A DNA stretch of 64,000 nucleotides from assembly GCA_964407715.1 (NCBI GenBank), contig CAYOWP010000001.1, forward strand, positions 16,622 to 80,621, given 5' to 3'. Shown piece by piece: positions 51,539 to 61,291 of the stretch (the first letter of the stretch is position 1; each line of letters begins with the position of its first letter). A model generated the notes under the pieces. It saw only the letters and a program-made list of their open reading frames with translations. It was not told the DNA's origin and did not search any database. Source of the stretch: an uncultured archaeon (GTDB lineage Archaea > EX4484-52 > JAADEF01). The position numbers and the translations under genes are program-made.

Positions 51539-52909
51539 ATGAGTATATATGCGTTCTGTGTTACAGAAAAATTGGAAATAGATTGGATTGATGACGAGGA
51601 GATTAAGAAAAAAATACGATGGTATTTCTCAAAAATTGTAAAAAGAAAAAGCATAGAGATATTTGAAAGCGCGGAAAATGTTTATGTAATTGCATATATA
51701 GAAAAGTTAAACACCATATCTTTGATGAAGAAATTTGGGGAGCTTGTGAGATTTGTTGATGGAAAATTTGAGGAAACACCAAAAATAGTGATAGATAACT
51801 TGGATGTGGATAAAGATTTTATTTATGAGATTGTTCAGTTGAGTAGATACAAATACTTTTCAAATAAAAGAGAAATCATACCTCTCAAGATAATACTAAA
51901 AAACGGCTCTCCATACAGGAATAAGGAGATAGATAATATTGTGGAGTGTGTATATAGAGCCAGAGATATAGTGAACCTTTCTTTGGCTGAGAAGTCTCCT
52001 TTAAGGGTTGTTGAAGAAGTAAAAAAGGATATTCAAGGACTATCCAACATAAATATAAAGATAATTCGTGGAAAGGAATTGATAAAGGAGAAGCTTAATT
52101 TAGTATATGAGGTGGGCAAAGGAAGCGATAATGAGCCATGCGTTTTAATTTTGGAATATTTACCTTTAAAAAAGAATGAGGTGGATTTTGCTATTGTTGG
52201 TAAAGGAGTGGTATTTGATGCAGGAGGATATAACATCAAACTAAAAATGATGGAGGAAATGAGATTTGATCTCTCTGGAGGAGTAGCAGCGCTCTATTCA
52301 TTAATTGGTTTGGCAAGGAAAGAAATTAAGAAGAACGTTATATGCGCAGTACCTCTTGTTGAAAATCTTGTTTCTGGAGGGAGCTATAAGCCTGGAGATG
52401 TTCTTTTTGCATATAACGGAAAATCTGTTGAGATAGCAAATACTGATGCAGAGGGAAGGCTAATACTTGCTGATGTCATTGCATATGTGCAAGAGAAATA
52501 TAGGATTAGGTGCTTGATTGATATTGCATCTTTAACGCTTGCATGCATGATTGCATTAGGTAGAGATATTGCAGGTATAATGGGTAATGATAAAGAACTA
52601 ATCAAAAAGTTTATGGAAGTAGGGGAGAGAATAGGAGAGAATGTTTGGGAATTTCCATTGATAGAGGAATATTTTGCGAATATGCTTGAGAGCAAGATTG
52701 CTGATATAAGAAGCTTACCATATGATCCATGGGCAGGGTCTATAATAGGAGGTATGTTTTTGAAATTTTTTGTTAATAAGAATATAAGATGGGTGCACTT
52801 AGATATAGCAGGACCTTGCTATACAACAAAACCAAAATTTATATATTCTGCAGGTGCAACAGGTTTTGGAGTGAGATTATTAACAAAGGTTATTGAGGAG
52901 GAAAGGTAG
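51539..52909 (+). CDS. pepA: leucyl aminopeptidase (M17)
   Basis: NTDAEGRL signature and GKGVVFDAGGYN. Confidence 0.8.
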   Translation: MSIYAFCVTEKLEIDWIDDEEIKKKIRWYFSKIVKRKSIEIFESAENVYVIAYIEKLNTISLMKKFGELVRFVDGKFEETPKIVIDNLDVDKDFIYEIVQLSRYKYFSNKREIIPLKIILKNGSPYRNKEIDNIVECVYRARDIVNLSLAEKSPLRVVEEVKKDIQGLSNINIKIIRGKELIKEKLNLVYEVGKGSDNEPCVLILEYLPLKKNEVDFAIVGKGVVFDAGGYNIKLKMMEEMRFDLSGGVAALYSLIGLARKEIKKNVICAVPLVENLVSGGSYKPGDVLFAYNGKSVEIANTDAEGRLILADVIAYVQEKYRIRCLIDIASLTLACMIALGRDIAGIMGNDKELIKKFMEVGERIGENVWEFPLIEEYFANMLESKIADIRSLPYDPWAGSIIGGMFLKFFVNKNIRWVHLDIAGPCYTTKPKFIYSAGATGFGVRLLTKVIEEER

Positions 52910-54299
52910 AGGTTTTATGGGCAGTGAGCATTTTAGTTTGTCTTTTATTTTCTTTATTATTGTGATAATGATAATGCTTTTTATAGAGAAAAAGAACTTT
53001 AAGAGAGAGGGAATAGTGTTTCTAAGAAGGAGCTCTAAAGGTTTAGCATTTTTGAAAAAACTTTCTAAGAAGTATGGGAGAATAATAAATTATCTTGGCG
53101 ATTTTGCCGTGGTTTTGAGTTATGGTTTGTTCTCATGGAGATATATATTCAAAGAAAGCAAAAATAAGAGATATGCCTTTTGCTTATTAGCAATATATTT
53201 CTTTATAGCGTGGTTGGTGTATGATCACTTTAAGTTCTTGGAATCTGCCATACTTGGGATATGGAACTCAGAAAGATATTCCTCCTTAATTATTAATATA
53301 TCAAGATTATTTGGATATGGGCTTGGAATAGGAGGTTTAGCTTTTTTCTTACTTTCAATAGGCTCTTTCTCCATTCTTTACAATTCTTTGTTCCTCCTTA
53401 AAGAGGTGCAACCTCCTCTTCAAATAGTTCTTCCTATAAGTGTTCCATCAAAATACAATCTTCCAGTCCTAAGCGTGCCATTTGATAAATGGCTTATAAG
53501 TGTGGTTGTGCTTGTAATAGTGCATGAATTCGCTCATGCGATAATGTCAGCATCCAACAATATTAGGGTTAAGAGTGTTGGTTATGGATTTATGCTGTTT
53601 TTGCCTTTAGGATTTGCAGAGCCTGATGAGAGACAATTAAAAAAGAGCAAACTCATTAATAAGCTCCGCGTCTATGCTGCAGGGAGTTTCTCAAATTTTA
53701 TTTTTGCATTAATATTTGGCCTTCTTTTTATTCCTTTTAATTTTGGGTTAAAGCATATGGATGTATATGAGTTTCAGGGAATATGCTATAATGGACTTGT
53801 AAAGTGGACCAATGCACCATCAGTATTGCCTGTTAATGGAACTATAACCCACATTGATGGAGTACAATTGCATAATTTCACTCATTTTGCAAAAGTTTTG
53901 AATTCATATCATCCTGGCGAGAATATAACACTCACAATAAATGGCACCAACTATACTGTTACCTTATGTGAAAGTCCTAAGAATTCATCTTTGCCTTTTA
54001 TAGGGATAATGCATGTAGGAGAGAGATATGAGATGAAGGAAGATGTAAAAAACAATCTTCTTAAGAAAATAACCTTCTATCTTCTCCTTTATTTTGGTTC
54101 TTTATTTATGTGGATAAGTCTGCTCAATTTAGGTATAGGAATCGCGAACTTACTTCCATTAATACCACTAGATGGAGGGCTTATGATTAAGGAAATGTTG
54201 GAAAGGCATAGAGCAATATATCTTACTATCTTTATCTTGACTTTCCTTCTATTAGTCTTTTCTTTGTTTGGTAAATTTATCATCAAGATATTCCTATGA
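52893..54299 (+). CDS. M50-family site-2 protease-like membrane metalloprotease with PDZ domain
   Basis: HEFAHA zinc motif in a TM helix and a C-terminal LDGG motif. Confidence 0.65.
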   Translation: MRRKGRGFMGSEHFSLSFIFFIIVIMIMLFIEKKNFKREGIVFLRRSSKGLAFLKKLSKKYGRIINYLGDFAVVLSYGLFSWRYIFKESKNKRYAFCLLAIYFFIAWLVYDHFKFLESAILGIWNSERYSSLIINISRLFGYGLGIGGLAFFLLSIGSFSILYNSLFLLKEVQPPLQIVLPISVPSKYNLPVLSVPFDKWLISVVVLVIVHEFAHAIMSASNNIRVKSVGYGFMLFLPLGFAEPDERQLKKSKLINKLRVYAAGSFSNFIFALIFGLLFIPFNFGLKHMDVYEFQGICYNGLVKWTNAPSVLPVNGTITHIDGVQLHNFTHFAKVLNSYHPGENITLTINGTNYTVTLCESPKNSSLPFIGIMHVGERYEMKEDVKNNLLKKITFYLLLYFGSLFMWISLLNLGIGIANLLPLIPLDGGLMIKEMLERHRAIYLTIFILTFLLLVFSLFGKFIIKIFL

Positions 54300-55733
54300 A
54301 GGCCTGGGTATTCGTGCTCCTTCATCTCTTAAGTGCCTCAATATCTCAATACCATAACGATACACAAGATTATTTAAAAGTGCTTCTGAGTTGTCCATCA
54401 TCTTAATCTCTTCCTTTATGATTTTTGGATCAACATATCCAAAATAATCCAAGGCTATTTTTAATTCTTTATGTTTTTTGGCATACTTTGGAAGAGCAAT
54501 ACATTTTGCTATTGCATCTGCTGCCTGTCTAAAAGACTTTGCCCCTCCCTCCACACCTAATGGATGGCCATGTACTCCACCACCTCCTTGAAATACAAAA
54601 TCTTTGCCATGAATAACACTCAAAGCATCCCCCTTGCCGGCATCTAACCCACCAGATGCTACTGGCATGACAGGCTTAATATGAGGAGAATACTTAAAAT
54701 CCAAACATCCCAAGTATGGTATTTTTCTAACTTTTCTGTTTACTGCTAACTCATGAAGATATGATATGTATTTTGATGACCCCTCCATTTTGCCAACGCC
54801 TGTACCAATATGAAGCTGATCAACACCAAGCATTCTGTATATCTTAAGCAAAATCTTGAAATCATATCCATACACTCCTCTATGCATAGCAGCATATCCT
54901 GCTCTATGTGCATGAACTATCAATCTTTTCTTATGCGCATATTTCACAAGCTCATAAGTTAAAGCAAACCCTAACATGAACACATCAAGCATTACACATT
55001 TTCCTCCTCTTTCTGCAATATAATCTATTCTCTCGTACATTCTATGAATGTCTTGATCAGTGATATTGCTTGCGTAGAGCTTCCTCTCGCCGGTTTTGTT
55101 CTCGGCTTTTGACATCTTATCAAAAACCAAATCAAAGCGATCCCTCCATCTGCAAAAATCTTGATCAACTAAATTCTCATCATCCTTTACAAAATCCATG
55201 CCATTAACATAGCATTTATATGCCACGTCACTCCATTCCTCTGGACTTAATCCAACCTTTGGTTTAACAATCGTACCAACATGAGGTCTCCTTGTTTTTG
55301 TTGTGCCTATATACTTTCTAATACCATCTAATCCATATTTTGGACCCGGAAACATATTTTGGAATCTTTTTGGAAACTTTATGTCAAGAATCATCAATTC
55401 CTCTATTTCTTTTAAACCATATACATTGCCCAAGACAGAGGCAAGGAATTGTAAGAGATTCTTGCTATCAAAATGCTCGTATGGATATGCAAGATAAACA
55501 AAACCACTATTATTTTTTACATGCACAAGATGATACACTCTTGCGCGATAATCACGAAAGATATTCTCGCTCATAGTGCTTATTTTTGTCCACGTACCTA
55601 CAGAGCTCTCTGCTGCTAATCCCTCTGCCAAAACCTCCAAGGGAGCATCTCCTTTTACCCATGCCAATACCAAAAAATCGCTTTCTTTTGGTACATAATT
55701 TAAATCCAAATAAAGATATCCACCATAACTCAT
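54294..55733 (-). CDS. rbcL: ribulose-1,5-bisphosphate carboxylase large subunit, form III (archaeal)
   Basis: GTWTK, KPKVGLS (carbamylated Lys region), GMDFVKDDEN, VHAHRAGYAA, GGLDAGKG blocks. No small subunit gene. Confidence 0.85.
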   Translation of the reverse strand: MSYGGYLYLDLNYVPKESDFLVLAWVKGDAPLEVLAEGLAAESSVGTWTKISTMSENIFRDYRARVYHLVHVKNNSGFVYLAYPYEHFDSKNLLQFLASVLGNVYGLKEIEELMILDIKFPKRFQNMFPGPKYGLDGIRKYIGTTKTRRPHVGTIVKPKVGLSPEEWSDVAYKCYVNGMDFVKDDENLVDQDFCRWRDRFDLVFDKMSKAENKTGERKLYASNITDQDIHRMYERIDYIAERGGKCVMLDVFMLGFALTYELVKYAHKKRLIVHAHRAGYAAMHRGVYGYDFKILLKIYRMLGVDQLHIGTGVGKMEGSSKYISYLHELAVNRKVRKIPYLGCLDFKYSPHIKPVMPVASGGLDAGKGDALSVIHGKDFVFQGGGGVHGHPLGVEGGAKSFRQAADAIAKCIALPKYAKKHKELKIALDYFGYVDPKIIKEEIKMMDNSEALLNNLVYRYGIEILRHLRDEGARIPRPS

Positions 55734-55754
55734 ATATTGCGCCTCCTTAATTAT

Positions 55755-56612
55755 TCATATTAGCTCATCAAGAGGATTCCTAACTTTTCTTAATTCCTCT
55801 AAACTAACCTTGGTATATATTTGGGTGGTTTGTAAGTTGGCATGTCCAAGGAGTTCTTGGATCTTCCTTAAACTTTCACCTTGCTCCAACAAATGTGTTG
55901 CAAATGTATGCCTGAGTACATGAGGAGTTACCTCTTTTTGAATTGCTGCTTCTTCCCTTAATCTTTGAATAATCTTTTGAACCAATCTAACAGAAATGTG
56001 GTTTCTTTTATGCTTGGAAAAGAACACATAATCTTCGCCAACAAGATTATGCTTGTTGAAGTATCTTCTTAGAAGATCAACAATTTTCTCTCCTAAAACG
56101 ACAATACGATCTTTTTTCCCTTTTCCTCCCCTGACCCTTAAGATTCTTTCATTCAAATCAAAATCTTTAACTTTAAGATTAACCAATTCACTCACTCTTA
56201 AACCAGTGGAATAAAGGAGGAGGCATATCATTTTGTCTCTGTCTTTTTCAGCAGTATTGATGAGCCTTTTAACCTCTTCTCGCGTTAGCACTATTGGTAG
56301 CTTTTTGTCTCTTTTTGGTGTAGGTAAATCCTCTTCGCTAATTCTAAGGTTTTTGATTCTTTTTAAGTAGAAAACGATTGCTGCTTTAACTGCAGCAATG
56401 CTTGATGGAGTATAGCCTTCTTCATCTATAAGATATGATAGAAATCTCTTTGCAGAATCTACAGATATCTTTAATCCTTTCTTTTCAATGTATCTAAGAT
56501 ACATATTCACATGAATAAGATATGACTTCAAGGTTTGCTCGGTATATCCACTCAACAAAATCTCTGACCTAAGCTTCTCCAATTCCTGCTGAATCCTTTT
56601 ATTTGTTTCCAT
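55755..56612 (-). CDS. xerA: tyrosine recombinase XerA-like
   Basis: RVSE...HVLRHTFATHLLEQG...LLGHANLQTTQIYTKV (R-H-R-Y catalytic set). Confidence 0.75.
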   Translation of the reverse strand: METNKRIQQELEKLRSEILLSGYTEQTLKSYLIHVNMYLRYIEKKGLKISVDSAKRFLSYLIDEEGYTPSSIAAVKAAIVFYLKRIKNLRISEEDLPTPKRDKKLPIVLTREEVKRLINTAEKDRDKMICLLLYSTGLRVSELVNLKVKDFDLNERILRVRGGKGKKDRIVVLGEKIVDLLRRYFNKHNLVGEDYVFFSKHKRNHISVRLVQKIIQRLREEAAIQKEVTPHVLRHTFATHLLEQGESLRKIQELLGHANLQTTQIYTKVSLEELRKVRNPLDELI

Positions 56613-56615
56613 ATT

Positions 56616-57620
56616 TTATGGCACCTCTATCCTTTCTAATATTTCATCAATTATGGTGTCTGTGTTCAATCCTATTGCCTTACCTTCATAGTTCAATATG
56701 ATTCTATGTCTCAAGACATCATGAGCCACATATCTCACATCTTCCGGCAAGACATATGGTCTTCCCTCTAAGAAAGCCTTTGCTTTTGCAGAGATGTATA
56801 GAGCAATATTGGCTCTTGGAGATCCTCCCCAGGCAATGTATTTTCCATATTCTATGCCATAATTCTCAGGATTTCTTGTTGCATCTACTATATCAACAAT
56901 ATATTTTTTGATTTCATCTGATGCATATATTCTTTTTGTAATTTCTTGCATCTTTGGAAAATCTTCTTTATTAAACACTGGCATGATTTGAAAACTCTCA
57001 AATTTATGAATAGTAGTATTCTTATCAAGAATGATTAATTCTTCCTCTTTTGTTGGATAATACACATATACTTTAAAAAGAAACCTATCAACTTGAGCTT
57101 CTGGTAATGGATACGTACCTTGCTGCTCTATCGGGTTTTGAGTTGCCATCACAAAAAAAGGTTCCTCTAAAGTAAAGATTTCCTTACCTATAACCACCTG
57201 TCTCTCCTGCATAACTGAAAGCATAGCACTCTGCACCTTAGGCGGTGCTCTGTTAATCTCATCTGCTAAAATGAAATTAGCAAATACAGGTCCTTTAACA
57301 ACATAAAATCCCCTGTTTGGATCATAAGCAGTTATACCTGTGATATCTGCTGGCAAAAGGTCAGGGGTAAACTGGATTCTTTGAAATTTTGCATTCCTAA
57401 CAGTTCTTGCTATTGTCATAACAAGCAGCGTTTTGGCTAATCCAGGTGCTCCCTCTAAGAGAATATGCCCTCTTGATAGCATTGATAAAATAGCAGCTTC
57501 AAGCACTTTTTCCTGTCCAACAAAAACTTTTCTCACTTCCTTTTTGAACATATCTATTTTTTCATTATAAAACTCAATTTCCTCTGAGATTTCTCTCATC
57601 ATTGCAGAAAGCTGTACCAT
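56616..57620 (-). CDS. MoxR-family AAA+ ATPase
   Basis: LLEGAPGLAKT Walker A, ILADEINRAPPKVQSAMLS Walker B/sensor. Confidence 0.8.
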   Translation of the reverse strand: MVQLSAMMREISEEIEFYNEKIDMFKKEVRKVFVGQEKVLEAAILSMLSRGHILLEGAPGLAKTLLVMTIARTVRNAKFQRIQFTPDLLPADITGITAYDPNRGFYVVKGPVFANFILADEINRAPPKVQSAMLSVMQERQVVIGKEIFTLEEPFFVMATQNPIEQQGTYPLPEAQVDRFLFKVYVYYPTKEEELIILDKNTTIHKFESFQIMPVFNKEDFPKMQEITKRIYASDEIKKYIVDIVDATRNPENYGIEYGKYIAWGGSPRANIALYISAKAKAFLEGRPYVLPEDVRYVAHDVLRHRIILNYEGKAIGLNTDTIIDEILERIEVP

Positions 57621-57687
57621 AATTTATATATTAATTAAGGAAACATATATTATTTATCTATTATTTGATGTCTATAAAGGTGATAAT

Positions 57688-57984
57688 ATGCCTGAAGGAG
57701 AAGAAAAAGATATCATGGAAATTTTTAGAGAGATAAAAGAGAAGATTGCGAAGATAAATGAGGAAAAGAATGAGCTTGAAAGGAAATATCACGAGATACA
57801 GGAACAATTAAAACAAGTTCAAGCAAAAGAGATAGAGCTTAGGGATGCAATTGCAAAGTTTGCTCAAAAGGAAAGTGAATTGAACGCGCAAAGAATCTCT
57901 ATTGAAAAAAAATTAAAGGAAATAAACGATAAACTTGAGAAATTAATGAAAGTTCAAAAAGAACTTAAGGAAATATGGGGATAA
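57688..57984 (+). CDS. small coiled-coil protein
   Basis: 98 aa E/K-rich heptads. Confidence 0.4.
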   Translation: MPEGEEKDIMEIFREIKEKIAKINEEKNELERKYHEIQEQLKQVQAKEIELRDAIAKFAQKESELNAQRISIEKKLKEINDKLEKLMKVQKELKEIWG

Positions 57985-58006
57985 TGCATAGAGCAAGGTA
58001 ATTACA

Positions 58007-59311
58007 ATGTCTGGAACTCAAGTTATTACAGAGAAAAATATTAAGAAAAATGTGATAGTAACAGAAAAGAATTTGGAAGCTGAGAATATCTTAAAAGATT
58101 TGGAAGAGAGCTATAAAGAGGGGTTAATATCAAAAGAGACATATGAAAAAGCAAAACGTTCTGTTTTGATGAATAAAGAAGATAAAAGTGAAAAGGAAGA
58201 AGTTCAAGAGGTTAAGGAGAAGAAAAAGGATAGAAAAAAAGAAGAGAGAGATAAGAAAATCTCTTTTATAAAGAGAAGACATGTAGAAGAACTTAAAAAG
58301 ATGAAGGAAAATTGGATAAAGGATCTCGAGTCTCTAAGAAGTTTGTATGAGCATGGCGTAATCTCTGAGGAAGAATATGAGAGAAGTAAAATAGATATCG
58401 AGGAAAAAATTGGTAAGATAGAGGAGATAATAAAAAAGGAATTGGAGGTTGAGGAATTAGAGGAATTAAAAGAGAGAATCGAGAAAGAAATAAGGGAGGC
58501 ATTTGATAAAGGGATATTTAAAGAAGAGGAAAGTAAACTAAAAAAGGATCTTGAAGCATTGGATTCGCTATTTGAAAGAGGTCTAATTTCCAAAGAGGAA
58601 TACCAGAAAAAGAGGGAACTTATAGAAAGCCAACTTGAGAACTATTCTAAGTTAATAGATTTAATTGATGCAATATTTGATAAATTCATTGAGGAAATAA
58701 ATCAGAAGATTGAAGAAAACAAGGAAGCCACAAAACAGAAAGAGATTGAGGAACCAAAAGAAGGAGAGGTAAAGAAAGAGGTTAAAAAATATCCTTGGTA
58801 TCTCAAACTTCTTCATATACTTGGATTATATGAAATAAAAGAAGAGGAAATAGCAGAGATAAATGAGATAGAAGAGCAAATCAAAAAGGCATATAAGGAG
58901 AGTGAGATGAGATTCAAAATAAGCAATATGGCTCTTGTTATAAAGAGGAGAGTTAAGGAAATAATGAATATAGATAAGGCATTAACCTATAAGGAATTAA
59001 TAGATTATATAGATAAATCTGACAAATTTGATGAGAATATTAAGGTAAAGCTTAGATCCTATTTCCAAGCTGTAATGCTTAAGGAATATCTTGAAAAGGA
59101 AGATGAGAAAGATATTGAAAACATCTATAAAGAGAGTTTAGAGATTGCTAAGTTATTAAGCAATATAGAGGAGAAAAAGAGAACTCAGAAGAAACCTGAA
59201 AAAGAGAAATCTATTGAAGAAAAAGGAAAAGAAGAGGTGGAAGAGAAAAAAGAAGAAAAAGAGAAAAAGAAAGGAATTTTTGAGAGGATAAATGAGTTCT
59301 TTGGTGTGTAA
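58007..59311 (+). CDS. E/K-rich coiled-coil protein with three SHOCT-like motifs
   Basis: YKEGLISKETYEKAKRSV, YEHGVISEEEYERSKIDI, FERGLISKEEYQKKRELI. Confidence 0.5.
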   Translation: MSGTQVITEKNIKKNVIVTEKNLEAENILKDLEESYKEGLISKETYEKAKRSVLMNKEDKSEKEEVQEVKEKKKDRKKEERDKKISFIKRRHVEELKKMKENWIKDLESLRSLYEHGVISEEEYERSKIDIEEKIGKIEEIIKKELEVEELEELKERIEKEIREAFDKGIFKEEESKLKKDLEALDSLFERGLISKEEYQKKRELIESQLENYSKLIDLIDAIFDKFIEEINQKIEENKEATKQKEIEEPKEGEVKKEVKKYPWYLKLLHILGLYEIKEEEIAEINEIEEQIKKAYKESEMRFKISNMALVIKRRVKEIMNIDKALTYKELIDYIDKSDKFDENIKVKLRSYFQAVMLKEYLEKEDEKDIENIYKESLEIAKLLSNIEEKKRTQKKPEKEKSIEEKGKEEVEEKKEEKEKKKGIFERINEFFGV

Positions 59312-59313
59312 TA

Positions 59314-59922
59314 ATGAGATATATTAGCGAGGGAAGATATGATATTTTGTTCATAATTGGCATATGCTTATATCTTATCTTTAGTAGCTATATTGTGCCT
59401 TTTACACATGAAGCAGGACATGTGCTATTCTTAAAGCTTTTTCACTGTCATTACTGGGCACATCTTGAGTATGGGTTTTTTAATTCATTTTATGGTGTTA
59501 TATATGAAAAATGTGATTTAACGCAAAGAGAATTGGCATTGGTGTATATTGGTGGAGTATTGCTTACCTTTATTATTGGTATTTTTTTGCTTATTCTTGA
59601 GTATATCCTTCACAGAAAGCACAAGACAGAAATAGCCGTCCCAATCTTGTTTGTTTCGTATTCATATCTTCTTGACATTACAAATTATCTCTTTTTTAAG
59701 GAAGGAGACATTGTAGAGTTCATGAGGACTGTTGGATTGGAAGAAAAAATAAGATATCTTCCATTGCTTGGTATACTTATCGTGGTGTTATTGTTAACAT
59801 ATCTTTATGTGGATCTTCAAAGAGAACTTCATGTAATCATCGAAGAGGAAGAGCATCTCTTAAAGAGAATAATCAAAAAAATTAAGAAGCATCTTCGTTC
59901 AAAAACCTCGTCTCACAAATAA
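59314..59922 (+). CDS. membrane protein with HExxH motif (putative zinc metallopeptidase)
   Basis: FTHEAGHVLF in the first TM helix; 4-5 TM segments. Confidence 0.4.
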   Translation: MRYISEGRYDILFIIGICLYLIFSSYIVPFTHEAGHVLFLKLFHCHYWAHLEYGFFNSFYGVIYEKCDLTQRELALVYIGGVLLTFIIGIFLLILEYILHRKHKTEIAVPILFVSYSYLLDITNYLFFKEGDIVEFMRTVGLEEKIRYLPLLGILIVVLLLTYLYVDLQRELHVIIEEEEHLLKRIIKKIKKHLRSKTSSHK

Positions 59923-59932
59923 GAAGATTATG

Positions 59933-60600
59933 CGTTTAACCTTAAAAAGCGATTTGAAACAGATAACCTTTTTAAAGCAGTTAGCTGCTTAAAAAACCTT
60001 TGTGTTATTGAGATTTTCCCGTTAACAAATTAAAAATTTTTAATAAAAATGGTTAACGGGAAGATATCACTATCACAAGCACATTACAGCATGCTACCCT
60101 CTTAAAAAAGGTTAGCTGCTTGAAAACGCTAAATGAAAGGGTTATGCTTCCCGTTAACAAATTATTTAAAAAATAAAAAATGGTTAACGGGAGGAAATCG
60201 CTATCATATAAAGTTTTGCAAGCATGCTAACCTCTACAAAAGGTTAGCTGCTTCTTAACCGCTTTAGAAAGGTTAGCTGCTTCAATACGCCAAATGAAAG
60301 GGTTATGCTTCCCGTTAACCAATTATTTTAAAAATAAAAAATGGTTAACGGGAGGAAATCGCTTTCTCAAGGCACATCGCAGCATGCTAACCTCTTTTCA
60401 GGTTAGCTGCTTCAAACCGCTCGAGAAAAGGAGCTATGCTTTGATGCGCTATTGATAAGGTATGCTTCCCATTAACAATTTTTTAAATAATTTGGTTAAC
60501 ATGAGACCTCTCTTATCAATAGCACATTAAAGCATGGCATCCTTTCTTGAGCGGTTTGAAGCAGCTAATCTTTTAACCCTTAATTTGGTTAATATGCCGC
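59933..60600. repeat. Structured intergenic repeat array, locus L (largest; 4 forward units including one with a duplicated inner element)
   Basis: ggttaacgggaag...acagcatgctacc...ggttagctgcttg...gggttatgcttcccgttaac. A second unit carries ggttagctgctt twice. The third ends ...ggtatgcttcccattaac. The fourth is degenerate. Confidence 0.9.
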
Positions 60601-60666
60601 AACTTACAGATTGACAAAAAAATTTGATATAATTTTAAAAAATTATTTTTACATAATATAATCTTT

Positions 60667-61272
60667 ATGGTTAATTCCAAGATTTTTGATTTGCTTATTC
60701 AGGCAAACGCAATAGAGTTGGGAGGGCATTATGAGATATTTCCAAATACATATTCTCCAATATATTTCGATTTTAGGAAATTCTTTGAGAATCCAAGATT
60801 GTTTGATATCTTGACAGATTTACTTGCTGATGTGACAAGAGAAATCAATCCAGAAAAGATTGCCGGTGCTTTTACTTCAGGCATTCCATTAGCTACTGCT
60901 ATCTCTTTAAAAACCAACCTACCTATTGTTTTTGTTAGAAGACAGCCAAAGGAATATGGAAGCAGGGCAATGATAGAGGGTACGGTAAAAGAGGGAGAGA
61001 ATGTGATGATAGTGGATGATATCTTTTCAACCTTAAAAAATAATGAAGCATATATAAACGCGCTAAGATCAGCAAAGGCAAATGTAAGATACTTTTTGGT
61101 TATATTTGATTATGGCATGACACCACCAGAAAAGCTATTAGAGGCTGGGATAGAGGTTATCTCTCTTATCACTGCTAAGGATTTGCTAATAAAATTAGAG
61201 AAATGGGGCAAGATAACAAAGGAGGAAAGAATGGAGTATATGAGGATACTAAAATATTCCAAGGTGTTCTAA
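60667..61272 (+). CDS. type I phosphoribosyltransferase-like protein (OPRTase-like; PRPP motif degenerate)
   Basis: VMIVDDIFSTLKN in place of the canonical VDDVxTTGxT; OPRT-like N-terminus. Confidence 0.45.
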   Translation: MVNSKIFDLLIQANAIELGGHYEIFPNTYSPIYFDFRKFFENPRLFDILTDLLADVTREINPEKIAGAFTSGIPLATAISLKTNLPIVFVRRQPKEYGSRAMIEGTVKEGENVMIVDDIFSTLKNNEAYINALRSAKANVRYFLVIFDYGMTPPEKLLEAGIEVISLITAKDLLIKLEKWGKITKEERMEYMRILKYSKVF

Positions 61273-61291
61273 GATTGGAGGAAGAGCAAAT

